A DNA stretch of 64,000 nucleotides from Patescibacteria group bacterium. GTDB lineage: Bacteria > Patescibacteriota > Microgenomatia > UBA8517. The first letter of the stretch is position 1. Every line of letters begins with the position of its first letter. Where the stretch lies: contig JBBRBD010000002.1 of the NCBI GenBank assembly GCA_038206135.1, positions 66,896 through 130,895 on the forward strand, given 5' to 3'. The notes below the pieces were generated by a model. The model saw nothing but the letters and a program-made list of their open reading frames with translations. It was not told the origin of the DNA and did not search any database. Shown here piece after piece: positions 19,110 to 29,282 of the stretch. The translations under genes were made by a program, and so were the position numbers.

Positions 19110-20672
19110 ATGGTCCGATTTTTTCGAAATCATTGGCAGCTCACGGCTCTTTTAGCTTTAGTGTTGTTTCAATTGATAGCTGTAGGTGAAGGCTGGGTGT
19201 TATTTACCATAGGAAATGTTACTGTTTTCGGTGGTGATCATCTTTATATAACATTCCATGCGTTAATCATGCTTGGATACAAAGTTATCCAAAAAAGATG
19301 GGCCTACTTGCACAACAAATCTTCGATGAAGATTACTCGTTCTGCGTTAGCCGAAATGTTGATTGAAGATTATGCCGATTTCCCTAAAAAGCGTAAGCAG
19401 ATTTGGAGATTGGCGAATAGATACACAACATTTGATAAATTCATCTTTGATCTAAAGAAGAATGTCGGTTGTTCTCAGGAGCAAATTGTTGCTGCAGCGC
19501 GGAGATACTTTGGAGATAGCGCACCCCCAGTTTCACTTGTTGCTCCGATCTATGACTTAAAACAGTCAGAGCTCGAGTTGAACATTCGTTCACTTGCAAA
19601 TCAAGTTTATACGAACTTGGCGCATGTGTATTTGGTGATTAATGATGCAAAGGATATTGCAACAAAAGAATATCTAAACCATTTGATTGCTCACAATTAT
19701 AGTAATCATCACACTAAATTCCATGTGATTGTTGAAGGAAAAGCCGGGAAGCGAAATGCGCAGTGGACAGGATTTTGGGATTTTTGCCAGTTCGATGGTT
19801 CCAAGTACTTTGTGAACATGGACGGCGATGGTTTTGGGGATTTGTTTCTCTTGTTTAACTCCATTGTTCTAATGGAGAATAATCCCAAAATTGGGTTACT
19901 TACCGCAGACGTTCGGATCTCTAACTGGAAGCAAAATTGGCTTACGGTGATCACCGGCATTCGATATATGAATGCAGGTTGGGAAGAGCGTGCATCTCAA
20001 AGCCTGAAGGGTCAGATGATTTGTGGAAGCGGCCCATGGCTTGTTATGCGTCGCGAGGCAGTTCTGCCGATTCTTCCTCGCTGGAAAACGTTTACTGTCC
20101 AAGGACAGGAAGCGAACTTTGGCGATGACAGACAGCTCACCCTCGAAATAATGATGGAGGGTTGGTTAACAGTATTTGGGACAGATTGTATTGTATACAC
20201 CGATTGTCCAACAAGATTGAAACCATATTGGTGGCAGCAAGTTCGTTGGAACAAGTCTTCGTGGATATATAACTTTGTTATGTACACGCGAGGCCTCTGG
20301 CACAAACTTAACTGGTTTGTCAGACTCAGTGTCGCCTATTTAATGTTTTATCCATTTATCATGGTGTTCGCGATGGGGAATGTTTTTCTTCGCGTACTTT
20401 TGGTAAGTATTAGTAGTGGGTTAAGCTCTGGATGGGTGATTGCGTATCCATATGTCATGATCGTTCTCGTTGTTGGTTTTCTCTTCCAATCCTTGAGTGG
20501 GCTATTGCTCTTTCATGATTGGCGGTTTTTGCTTGCACCGTCATATGTATTCTTGTGGTTTGGTATTCAAATACCTGCACGGCCATATTCAGGTTTAACC
20601 TATGCAAATCAGGGCTGGGGAACGCGAAAAAAGCGTCCTGACACTGAACCTGAAGAGGAGACAGAAGATTGA
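19110..20672 (+). CDS. GT2 processive glycosyltransferase, class I hyaluronan synthase (HasA)-like
   Basis: GKRNAQ, DGD, IRY...ERASQS, SGP...RRE, GDDRQLT, TDCP, QQVRWNKS and C-terminal WGTRKK; TM helices at both ends; GGAGG SD. Confidence 0.8.
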   Translation: MVRFFRNHWQLTALLALVLFQLIAVGEGWVLFTIGNVTVFGGDHLYITFHALIMLGYKVIQKRWAYLHNKSSMKITRSALAEMLIEDYADFPKKRKQIWRLANRYTTFDKFIFDLKKNVGCSQEQIVAAARRYFGDSAPPVSLVAPIYDLKQSELELNIRSLANQVYTNLAHVYLVINDAKDIATKEYLNHLIAHNYSNHHTKFHVIVEGKAGKRNAQWTGFWDFCQFDGSKYFVNMDGDGFGDLFLLFNSIVLMENNPKIGLLTADVRISNWKQNWLTVITGIRYMNAGWEERASQSLKGQMICGSGPWLVMRREAVLPILPRWKTFTVQGQEANFGDDRQLTLEIMMEGWLTVFGTDCIVYTDCPTRLKPYWWQQVRWNKSSWIYNFVMYTRGLWHKLNWFVRLSVAYLMFYPFIMVFAMGNVFLRVLLVSISSGLSSGWVIAYPYVMIVLVVGFLFQSLSGLLLFHDWRFLLAPSYVFLWFGIQIPARPYSGLTYANQGWGTRKKRPDTEPEEETED

Positions 20673-20681
20673 AGTTCTTAG

Positions 20682-20705
20682 CCCCGCACAACTGTGCGGG
20701 GTTTT
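20682..20705 (+). terminator. intrinsic terminator after the HasA-like gene
   Basis: CCCCGCACA-AC-TGTGCGGGG-TTTT. Confidence 0.7.
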
Positions 20706-20743
20706 CATTTGACCGTAAACAGTAAAACCTTTAGTATGAACTT

Positions 20744-23116
20744 ATGAGAATTTTCCGCTATATGTATAAAATAGCCCTTGTAGCATTCTTAGTCTTTTTT
20801 TTGGTAAGCATTGGGGTCTTTTTGAATACTAGGCCAAAGTCTCCAAATAAAAGCGAAGCACAAGTACAAACTCCAGAACCATCAGGGACCATTGCATCGA
20901 ACTCAAATCTTACGTTTCAAGGGGACGTAAAAGTTGAAGGGAATATGCAACTTGATGTGAATAAGCTGTCATACGCGGAGCCGAGTGGCCGAGTTCTGTC
21001 TATTGATACTAAGGGTAAGCTTGTTTTAGTACCAGATCAGGAAGGATCTGGAGCCATAACAAATATTACTCAATACAAGACAACAGGAGTTACTTTTCCA
21101 ACAGCAACAGACAGTGGTACAACCCTCTATTATGATGGGTCAAATTGGAAAGCGAACACCAACCTTTTTAACGGAGGGTCTGATATTGGTATTTATACAA
21201 CAAACCCACAAGCAAGCTTAATGGTTCAAAATAATGATGCTGCAAAAATCGCTTTTATTGTGCAAGGATACACGGGCCAAACAAATTCATTGACAGAATG
21301 GAGAGACGCAAATGGAGTGGACCTAACTTCAATTGATGCACACGGAAAATTAACTATTAATAACAGCTCGAATGGTCACAGTATTGAGCTTACCCCAACA
21401 GGAGATTCTGGATATTTGTCATCCTCAGGTGGGGTCATATTTATAAATAATACTCAAAACCTTGGATCTGGAATTGGAATTTATTCAAATGCAGGTGCTG
21501 ATGCCTTGGGGAACATGATTAATATTAAGGTCGATAATACTGCGTATGCTCAGGCCGCATTCTATATGAACTACGATGGCAGTAGTAATGCAGTAGAGAT
21601 TGTGAGTAATGGTACTGATAGTTCTTCAAATGCACTTGCGGTCACGGGATACAATCCAAACGATAGCACCGTTGGAATTATCGGGTATGAAACAGGGAGG
21701 GGTACCATAAAGGTTTCGCACAATGGAACCGGAAGTGATAGTAATGCCTCAGGTCTTTCAATTGATCTAAAAGGAACAGGTACCAGATCTCAAGGTATAT
21801 ATGTTGATTCGACAGCAACGGCAGGAACACTCGGTAACTTATTAAGACTGCGAAATCAAACAATAGACCGGTTTGTAGTAGATAAGGCAGGCTCACTCGC
21901 AATCGGAGGATATGGAACCGACACTTCAATTACAAAATATGGAAACACTACAAACGATCAATTCTTTGTCGGGACAAACGGCGCCTTCCGGATTCAACGC
22001 TCGGCCACAGACTCAGAAGCATTTAGAACTCAAGTTGCAGGCGACATTCAAGGCAGATGGCTTGGTACTTCTGATGGAAAACTTAAATTTGGAAGTGGGA
22101 GTGCACTACAAGATACAGTCTTGCAGAGGATTGGAGTAGGAATATTGCAAGTAGACTCTGGACTTTCTGTAACAACAAATCTGGGGGTTGGTGCAACTAC
22201 ATTTGACGCAACTGGAGACAACATCTTAACGCTCCTAAATGGGACAGCACCAGCGGCATCTGTAATTCACAGTGTACAGCTCTGGGCAGAGAACGTAGCC
22301 TCAAGCAGTGAACTGCGCGTTCGAGATGAGGCGGGGAACATTACGACTCTCTCTCCTCACAATTTCTCTCTTATTCCCGGTGGCGCTAGTGAAGATCTGT
22401 CATGGAGTTACTATTCAGAAAAAAATAACACTGCTATTAACGTCGATATGCTTGCAGCATTGAGAGCGCTTGAGTCTCTGTCGCAGAAACAGTTTGTATA
22501 TGAAAAGAACTTAGACACTGGACAAGAAATAGCTCCGACGGCTTCAAACGTCTTAACTATGAACACAAACGTAGACATGAAAACAAAAGAGGCGATATCT
22601 GAAGCATTTAACTTGGCTGTTAATAAGGTGGAATTTGAAAAGCATGTAACTTTGGCGGAAAACGTATGGAGTTTCATCTCAGATGTCGCATTCAAAGCAA
22701 AGTCTGTATTTGAAAAATCAGCGACATTTTTAGCAGAAGCGATCTTTCAAGGACCAATCACAGTGAACGCCGATACTTCAGGAAGTGTTACGGTTCCTGA
22801 AGGCACAAAACGATTTGCAGTCACTTTTGAAAATACGTTTACTAAGCCACCAGTTGTATATATAACTCCAAAGTCTGCAAACAGTAGCTTTGAGATACAA
22901 AATATTACTACGATTGGTTTTGAAATTTCACTTTCAAAACCACTTGCAAATGCAACTGATTTCTCATGGCTTGCACTTTTGAGTGCTGACAGTAGTTTTA
23001 ATCATTTAAAGGTGTTGGAAACCTCAAATGTCGGATCAGTTGTGCCCGAAAATACGACACAGCCATCGCCTTCGCCAATTCCACTTGAAAGTACTCCTTC
23101 AGCTGTTCTACAGTGA
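20744..23116 (+). CDS. membrane-anchored tail-fibre-like protein with phage HylP-type hyaluronate lyase (hyaluronoglucosaminidase) domain
   Basis: Segment at ~21416-21900 (SSGG.I.I...Q.AFY.NY.G..NAV.I...G.E...GTIKVSH...D.NAS.LSID...GT..QGIY..ST...G.LLRLRN...DRF.V) follows streptococcal phage HylP1 as recalled; N-terminal TM. Confidence 0.8.
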   Translation: MRIFRYMYKIALVAFLVFFLVSIGVFLNTRPKSPNKSEAQVQTPEPSGTIASNSNLTFQGDVKVEGNMQLDVNKLSYAEPSGRVLSIDTKGKLVLVPDQEGSGAITNITQYKTTGVTFPTATDSGTTLYYDGSNWKANTNLFNGGSDIGIYTTNPQASLMVQNNDAAKIAFIVQGYTGQTNSLTEWRDANGVDLTSIDAHGKLTINNSSNGHSIELTPTGDSGYLSSSGGVIFINNTQNLGSGIGIYSNAGADALGNMINIKVDNTAYAQAAFYMNYDGSSNAVEIVSNGTDSSSNALAVTGYNPNDSTVGIIGYETGRGTIKVSHNGTGSDSNASGLSIDLKGTGTRSQGIYVDSTATAGTLGNLLRLRNQTIDRFVVDKAGSLAIGGYGTDTSITKYGNTTNDQFFVGTNGAFRIQRSATDSEAFRTQVAGDIQGRWLGTSDGKLKFGSGSALQDTVLQRIGVGILQVDSGLSVTTNLGVGATTFDATGDNILTLLNGTAPAASVIHSVQLWAENVASSSELRVRDEAGNITTLSPHNFSLIPGGASEDLSWSYYSEKNNTAINVDMLAALRALESLSQKQFVYEKNLDTGQEIAPTASNVLTMNTNVDMKTKEAISEAFNLAVNKVEFEKHVTLAENVWSFISDVAFKAKSVFEKSATFLAEAIFQGPITVNADTSGSVTVPEGTKRFAVTFENTFTKPPVVYITPKSANSSFEIQNITTIGFEISLSKPLANATDFSWLALLSADSSFNHLKVLETSNVGSVVPENTTQPSPSPIPLESTPSAVLQ

Positions 23117-23138
23117 AATATAAGGGGGTGACTTAAAA

Positions 23139-23390
23139 ATGATGGATAAAAAAATGATGGGTTGGATGCACATGCTTGCATTTGTGCTTGTTATAGTTGG
23201 AGCTCTCAATTGGGGCCTCGTTGGACTTTTGAACTTCAATCTTGTTGAAATGATCTTCGGTATGTCGAGTCTTACTCAACTTGTATATGTTCTTGTTGGA
23301 GTCTCTGGTTTGTATCTCATACTCACACATCAGAAGGATTGCAGTTGTTGTGAAATGATGATGAAGGGAACGACAGGTAAGAAGAAGTAA
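23139..23390 (+). CDS. DUF378 family protein
   Basis: LVIVGALNWGLVG...FNLV..IFG...VY.LVG.SG. Confidence 0.9.
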   Translation: MMDKKMMGWMHMLAFVLVIVGALNWGLVGLLNFNLVEMIFGMSSLTQLVYVLVGVSGLYLILTHQKDCSCCEMMMKGTTGKKK

Positions 23391-23392
23391 CC

Positions 23393-24541
23393 TTAGTTTT
23401 TAGTTTGAACTGGCTTGGCTGTTGGACTCGGTGTAGGGGACGTTTGTGAAGTCACAAAATCTCGGATACTTTGCCAATTATCTAAGCCAGTTTTCGGCTC
23501 CAAAATATATTGTCTGTCTGAACTATATGTCTCAATTAATGCATTGTCGGTGGAGAGCGCAACTGAATTTATGGTATAGCTTTTAAAATCATTTATTTGA
23601 GTTGCCAGGGACTGCATAACATCAAGTGGAATATCTGTTCTTAAGTCTCCGGCAAGAGACTGGATGAACGGAATTGCTTTAGTCACAAATCCAAGTTGTA
23701 AGACTTTGTTCTTTACTGCAACCATAATTTCTTTTTGTCTGTTACTTCTGGCAAAATCACTCCCATCTTGCAGAGAATGCCGGGATCTGGCAAATTTCAG
23801 TGCCGTTTGTCCATCCATGTGCACTAGTCCCTTGGTGAATACTAAATCTTCATACCTACACATAAAATTGTGCTCGAGTAGATCTCCTGACATTGTTGCT
23901 GTGAGGGCTTTAATCTCTTCATCAGACTTTCCGCAGGACTCTGTTTCTTTGTCAGGGAGTGGATAGTATGGGTCTTCAAAACTTTTAGTGACAGTTACGT
24001 CAACACCGCCCAAAATATCAATTGATTTTTGGAACCCTTGGAAATCCAAGCTAACAAAATATCGGACTGGCACCCCAAAAATTTCTGTAACAATGTCTTT
24101 AGCCAGTGTTCCTCCGCCTGCGGCACCGGTGTATTTTGCCTCCTTATTGGGGTATTTTTTGTCATCAAGTCCAATTACATAGGCTGCATTTATTTTTATG
24201 TGTTCTGTTGTAGTTGTACTTGTCGGGATTGGTACCCAAAGGTCACGGGGGATAGAAATAAGATCAACTCGAGTTAATCGTGGATTCACGAGTGCCAAAA
24301 TCATCGTATCTGATAAAAATCCACCTTGTGAATTGTCTCCTCGCATTCCCAAAAGAAGTATTCCATATGCGGCCAGAGGATCTGGTGTTGGTGATGGGGT
24401 GGACGATGATCCTGTCCCTGGATTTGCAGTTACTATGATTTGTGAGATTGTGTGTCGAAAGGTCAAATAGGCTGCTGTTGAGGCAAAACCCACTATAAAA
24501 AGGAGCAAAAAACACACTCCAATGATAACTTTTGTGCGCAT
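23393..24541 (-). CDS. LCP (LytR-CpsA-Psr) family glycopolymer transferase
   Basis: SDTM, SIPRD, KINAAY, ARSRH, DFARS.RQ; start 24541. Confidence 0.92.
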   Translation of the reverse strand: MRTKVIIGVCFLLLFIVGFASTAAYLTFRHTISQIIVTANPGTGSSSTPSPTPDPLAAYGILLLGMRGDNSQGGFLSDTMILALVNPRLTRVDLISIPRDLWVPIPTSTTTTEHIKINAAYVIGLDDKKYPNKEAKYTGAAGGGTLAKDIVTEIFGVPVRYFVSLDFQGFQKSIDILGGVDVTVTKSFEDPYYPLPDKETESCGKSDEEIKALTATMSGDLLEHNFMCRYEDLVFTKGLVHMDGQTALKFARSRHSLQDGSDFARSNRQKEIMVAVKNKVLQLGFVTKAIPFIQSLAGDLRTDIPLDVMQSLATQINDFKSYTINSVALSTDNALIETYSSDRQYILEPKTGLDNWQSIRDFVTSQTSPTPSPTAKPVQTKN

Positions 24542-24708
24542 GTCACTATTATACCCTGTAAACTTGCCAAATATCCAAAGTAGGTATATAATTACAGCAA
24601 ATAACAAAATTAAAAGATAAAAATATTTATCTTCATAAATGAGTCTAGAAAAATCTAGCACTCCAAATATATAAAGTTATTCACCCAAAACAAGGAGGTG
24701 AAAAAATA

Positions 24709-25224
24709 ATGGTAAACAATCAAGAATTATTATACGTAGTAGACGAGTTTGACACTCCACTTGCGCCTATGACTCGAAAAGAAGTTATGGAACAAGGACA
24801 CTGGAGGCGAACTGCTCATGTGTGGATTATAAACTCCAAAAATGAAGTTCTCTGTCAAAGACGGTCTATGAAAAAAGATATGGCCCCTGGAAAATGGGAA
24901 GCTTCTGTTGCCGGACATTTAAGTCCAGAAGACAATTACTTTACGGGCGCAGCTCGAGAAGTAAACGAAGAAACAGGACTTCCAATTAAGGCACAACACT
25001 TGGAACTTATTAAGATCTATAAAGATCATGAATTCCGAGAATACCGAGGAATTTTCCTTTGTAAGTGGGATGCTGAAAAGCACGAAATTATTAGTGAAGA
25101 AGATGAAGTTTCTGCTGTAAAGTTTGTGAAAATCTCCACACTTAAAAAATATTTAAGTGGAAAAGACAATACAAACTGGGTAAAACCTTCATACGTGAAG
25201 GATGTTTTTTCAGTTTTAAATTAA
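24709..25224 (+). CDS. NUDIX hydrolase (IDI/YfcD-like)
   Basis: VDE.D, H.W, Q.RS..K...PG.W...AGH...AAREV.EE.G. Confidence 0.88.
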   Translation: MVNNQELLYVVDEFDTPLAPMTRKEVMEQGHWRRTAHVWIINSKNEVLCQRRSMKKDMAPGKWEASVAGHLSPEDNYFTGAAREVNEETGLPIKAQHLELIKIYKDHEFREYRGIFLCKWDAEKHEIISEEDEVSAVKFVKISTLKKYLSGKDNTNWVKPSYVKDVFSVLN

Positions 25225-25280
25225 AGAGATCAAAACTCTTTAAACAGAAAGGCGACTCATAGGTCGTTCTTTTTTGTGGC

Positions 25281-25943
25281 TTACCAGCTGACAGCTTCCT
25301 CTTCATGCCTAATTAAATATGTATTTGCTTTTGAAAATGGTCGACTCCCGAAAAAACCTCTGTCGGCTGAAAAAGGGGAAGGATGTGGTGACGCTAAAAC
25401 TAAATGTTTTTGTTTGTCTATATGTTCACCCTTCTTCTGTGCGTACGCCCCCCACAATATAAATACCAAGTGTTCTTTCTTTTCATTTAAGATTTTTATA
25501 ACAGCATCAGTAAACACTTCCCATCCTTTATTTTGATGGCTTCCAGGCTTTCCAGCTTCGACGGTGAGTGTTGCATTTAAGAGGAGCACTCCTTGTCGAG
25601 CCCATCGTTCCAAATCACCAGAATCTTTTGTTCTTATTCCAATATCTGTTTTAATCTCTTTATAAATGTTTTGAAGTGAAGGAGGTGTTCGAATTCCTTC
25701 CGACACAGAGAAACTCAAACCATTTGCTTGGTTTGCACCGTGATACGGGTCCTGTCCTAAAATTACAACTCTCACTTGGTCAAATGGAGTTTCGTTAAAG
25801 GCTGTAAAAATTTTGGAAGAAGGTGGGTACACTGTTTTATTTTTGTACTCAGATTTTACAAACTGAGTAAGTTTTTTAAAATACGGTTTATCGAATTCAG
25901 TTTGTAAAACTGTTTTCCAGCTGGGCTCAATTTTAACGTCCAT
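25281..25943 (-). CDS. ung: uracil-DNA glycosylase family 1
   Basis: GQDPYH, PPSL, GVLLLN, LWG, HPSP. Confidence 0.96.
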   Translation of the reverse strand: MDVKIEPSWKTVLQTEFDKPYFKKLTQFVKSEYKNKTVYPPSSKIFTAFNETPFDQVRVVILGQDPYHGANQANGLSFSVSEGIRTPPSLQNIYKEIKTDIGIRTKDSGDLERWARQGVLLLNATLTVEAGKPGSHQNKGWEVFTDAVIKILNEKKEHLVFILWGAYAQKKGEHIDKQKHLVLASPHPSPFSADRGFFGSRPFSKANTYLIRHEEEAVSW

Positions 25944-26008
25944 TGTGCTTATCTTAAAAACTATTATAATCTTGGTTATCGTAATTGTAACTTGTGAAAG
26001 GAACAGGG

Positions 26009-26275
26009 ATGCCAATTAAAAATCCAGAGACAATAATTACGGTTATTCTAGAAAATGGAAATGGAGCGGTTCTCCAGAAGAGAATCAAAGGGCAGTCTGA
26101 TGTTTGGCTCAAAGGATCAGAAAAGTTCGTAAATGCTCATCATTTTCGAAAGAAAATATTGAAAATGCAAGAATTGTTGCATGATTTCCCAGCTCGGGAT
26201 GGGGTGATTGCAATACAGGTTGAAAAGGAAAATGGTATTTGGAATACAAATGCTCGTAAGTTTTTTAGAAAATAG
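26009..26275 (+). CDS. hypothetical protein
   Basis: 88-aa basic ORF followed by hairpin GGGCGCA/TGCGCCC. Confidence 0.5.
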   Translation: MPIKNPETIITVILENGNGAVLQKRIKGQSDVWLKGSEKFVNAHHFRKKILKMQELLHDFPARDGVIAIQVEKENGIWNTNARKFFRK

Positions 26276-26337
26276 CGAAAGGGGCGCACAATTGCGCCCT
26301 AATTTTTTGCATTAGAAAGGGATATACTAAATTTTGT

Positions 26338-27357
26338 ATGCACACAGAAAATAAAAAACCATGGTACAAACGACCACGAACTTGGATTGTTATCGTTGTC
26401 TTAATTGTTTTGTTCTTTGTCATTCGAAATTTTACGACTGGAACTAGTACTCCTCGAGAAACTGCAACTATTACTCGCGGAACCGTAAAAGAAGAGCTGG
26501 TTTTATCTGGAGAATTGAAAGCAACACAGAATGCAAACCTGCAATTCAATTTGTCAGGGAAACTTGCATGGATAGGGGTAAAGGTCGGAGATATCGCGAC
26601 AAAGGGACAAGCATTAATGCAGCTTGATACCACTGCAATAAATGCCGTATATCAACAATCGAGGTCAACGCTACATGCTTCAGAAGCAAACGTAAACTAT
26701 GTACATGACACTCTTAAGAACAAAGACAGTACTGAAACCTTTGCTGAAACAAATACCCGAGTTTCAGCAGAAGTAACACACGACAATGCCTATAACGCCA
26801 TGCTTGCCGCACAAAAGTCCTTGAAAGACGCAATAATTACGGCTCCTTTTTCGGGAATAATTTCGCAGCTGACGAACGAAACGCCGGGGGTTAATATTAC
26901 TGCAGCCACACCTCAAATTAATTTAGTTAATCCTGCAACGCTTTATTTTTCGGTGAATGCAGATCAAACAGATATTGCGCGTTTACAAGTCGGACAGAAA
27001 GCTCAAATTGTGTTAGATGCATTCTCAGGAGAAATGCTTACTGCCACTATTTCTCAAATCTCATTCACTCCTAGCACTTCTGACACGGGAACGGTATATC
27101 CGCTTCGCTTAACCTTATCAGTCGACAATAGTTCATATAAATACAAAGTTGGGATGACGGGGGATACAACTTTTGTGCTTTCTCAAAAAGACAATGTGCT
27201 TTCACTTCCGACGAAATTTGTGAAGAGTGATAAAGATGGAAAATATGTATTCATCGACGACAAAAACACTAAAAAATATGTTCAGCTCGGGATAGAAGGT
27301 GATGAAACGACAGAGATAAAAACAGATTTGCCTGAAGGAACGACAGTTTTTAACTAA
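26338..27357 (+). CDS. MacA-like periplasmic adaptor (membrane fusion protein)
   Basis: SGKL..I.VK.GD...KGQ.L..LD, I.APFSG, VGMTG. Confidence 0.9.
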   Translation: MHTENKKPWYKRPRTWIVIVVLIVLFFVIRNFTTGTSTPRETATITRGTVKEELVLSGELKATQNANLQFNLSGKLAWIGVKVGDIATKGQALMQLDTTAINAVYQQSRSTLHASEANVNYVHDTLKNKDSTETFAETNTRVSAEVTHDNAYNAMLAAQKSLKDAIITAPFSGIISQLTNETPGVNITAATPQINLVNPATLYFSVNADQTDIARLQVGQKAQIVLDAFSGEMLTATISQISFTPSTSDTGTVYPLRLTLSVDNSSYKYKVGMTGDTTFVLSQKDNVLSLPTKFVKSDKDGKYVFIDDKNTKKYVQLGIEGDETTEIKTDLPEGTTVFN

Positions 27358-27361
27358 CTTC

Positions 27362-28036
27362 ATGATTCAAGTAAAAAACGTAAATAAAGTTTACGAAGTA
27401 GCCGATGGTCAGTTTTATGCGCTAAAAAATATAAACCTGGAAATAAAAGATAGAGAATACGTTGGAATCCTGGGTACTTCTGGTTCCGGTAAATCCACAC
27501 TGATGCATATTATTGGACTTTTAGATAAACCATCAACCGGGGAAGTGTTAATAAATAACAGAAATGCAGAGAAACTTTCAGATAACGAACTGTCATCACT
27601 TCGAGGACAAACAATTGGATTTGTGTTTCAACAATTCAATTTGATTCAAAAGCTCACCGTACTCGAAAACATTTTACTTCCCACCGTGTATGCAAAACAT
27701 AAGCTTCCCTTTGAACCAATTGTCTATGGAAAAGAGTTACTGCAACTGCTTGGTATTCCCGAAAAAGCGGATATGTATCCAAATCGTCTTTCAGGAGGAC
27801 AACAACAACGGGTGGCTATTGCCCGTGCACTCATTATGAAACCAACAGTGGTTTTGGCTGATGAGCCGACCGGAAATCTAGACAGCAAAACAGGTGAAGA
27901 AATTTTACAATTACTGGAAAAATTAAATCATGACCTTGGGGTAACAATTTGTATTGTGACACACGACAAAAATGTAGCGAAGCGCACCAATAGACAAATT
28001 TTCGTAAAAGATGGAGAAATTGTAAATAAATATTAA
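27362..28036 (+). CDS. MacB/LolD-type ABC ATP-binding protein
   Basis: GTSGSGKST, LSGGQQQRVAIARAL, ADEPTGNLD. Confidence 0.95.
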   Translation: MIQVKNVNKVYEVADGQFYALKNINLEIKDREYVGILGTSGSGKSTLMHIIGLLDKPSTGEVLINNRNAEKLSDNELSSLRGQTIGFVFQQFNLIQKLTVLENILLPTVYAKHKLPFEPIVYGKELLQLLGIPEKADMYPNRLSGGQQQRVAIARALIMKPTVVLADEPTGNLDSKTGEEILQLLEKLNHDLGVTICIVTHDKNVAKRTNRQIFVKDGEIVNKY

Positions 28037-29254
28037 ATGAAATACATTAGCTTTCAGCTTAAAACTGCACTTAAAAATTTTGGAAGAAACAAAGTACGAA
28101 CTGTGCTTACGTCCCTCGGAATTCTCATTGGCGTGTTGTCTGTCGTAATTCTGATTGCTCTCGGAGTTGGTTTGAAAAATTATATTGAAGGGCAATTCCA
28201 AAGTTTGGGAAGTAATCTATTGTTTATTTTACCGGGACAAGTACTTGGTTCAAATGGTCAATTTCAAGGAGGTAGTGGCGGAAGAGTTTCTGGAACTACA
28301 TTTGATGAAAGAACAGTTGCAGACTTAAAGCGTGGCCTGACTATTGATTACATCGTCCCAATTTATACAAAAAGCATAACTATTGACGCTAATGGAAATT
28401 CAAAAGGAGGGAGCATTTTTGCCTCAACGGAAGATGTTTTTGCAATTTACAACTTGGAGCCACAAGCAGGGATATTGTTTACTTCAGCAGATGTTGGGAA
28501 GAGAGCAAAAAGCGTCGTGATTGGGAGTAACCTTGCAAATAGTCTTTTTGGCGACGCCGGTAGTGCTGTTGGAAAAAAGATCGTACTCGATAGTCAGCGC
28601 TTTTCAGTTATTGGAGTAACAAAAGAAAAAGGAGGAGGAGGTTTTGGAGGTCCGAGTTTTGACGACGGAGTATATATGCCCTATACAACCTCATTTTCAG
28701 GACTGAATCCTGACCGTAAATTTGCAGCAATTTATTTGGGCGTAGGAAATAATGGAGATATAGATGCGGTGAAAGATACTGCTGAAAAAATCATGCTAAA
28801 AAAATATAAAAAAGACGACTTTTCAATTGTTAAGCAAACAGAGATCTTAAACGCAATTACCTCAATTTTTTCGATTATCAATTCTGTACTCATTGCGATT
28901 GGTTCAATTTCTCTGGTTGTTGGTGGAATTGGAATTATGAATATTATGTATGCCAATGTGACGGAGCGCACAAAAGAGGTTGGAATTAGACGAGCAATAG
29001 GGGCTACTAAAAACGATATTTTATTTCAGTTCTTGACTGAAAGTGTATTGCTTTCACTCATTGGAGGAGTAGGAGGGCTACTGTTTGCAATACTTATTGT
29101 GGCGGGTGTTTCTCAGTTTTTCCCCCTGGCAATAAACGTGACCTCAGTTGTAGCTGCTCTCGGAATTAGTACCGCGATTGGTGTCTTTTTTGGAGTTTTC
29201 CCAGCGAGACGTGCGGCAAATCTTGCACCGATTGAGGCAATTCGATACGAATAA
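28037..29254 (+). CDS. MacB/FtsX-type ABC permease
   Basis: R..LT.LGI.IGV, GGIGIMNIM...V.ER..E.GIR.AIGA, PA.RAA.L.PI.A.RYE. Confidence 0.95.
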   Translation: MKYISFQLKTALKNFGRNKVRTVLTSLGILIGVLSVVILIALGVGLKNYIEGQFQSLGSNLLFILPGQVLGSNGQFQGGSGGRVSGTTFDERTVADLKRGLTIDYIVPIYTKSITIDANGNSKGGSIFASTEDVFAIYNLEPQAGILFTSADVGKRAKSVVIGSNLANSLFGDAGSAVGKKIVLDSQRFSVIGVTKEKGGGGFGGPSFDDGVYMPYTTSFSGLNPDRKFAAIYLGVGNNGDIDAVKDTAEKIMLKKYKKDDFSIVKQTEILNAITSIFSIINSVLIAIGSISLVVGGIGIMNIMYANVTERTKEVGIRRAIGATKNDILFQFLTESVLLSLIGGVGGLLFAILIVAGVSQFFPLAINVTSVVAALGISTAIGVFFGVFPARRAANLAPIEAIRYE

Positions 29255-29282
29255 TATCCTCTTTTGTGTTACAGTTTCCACT

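Noticed and set aside
20744-23116. Prophage
   Set aside because: No integrase, capsid, terminase or lysis genes nearby; the gene has a TM anchor and a host-type promoter.
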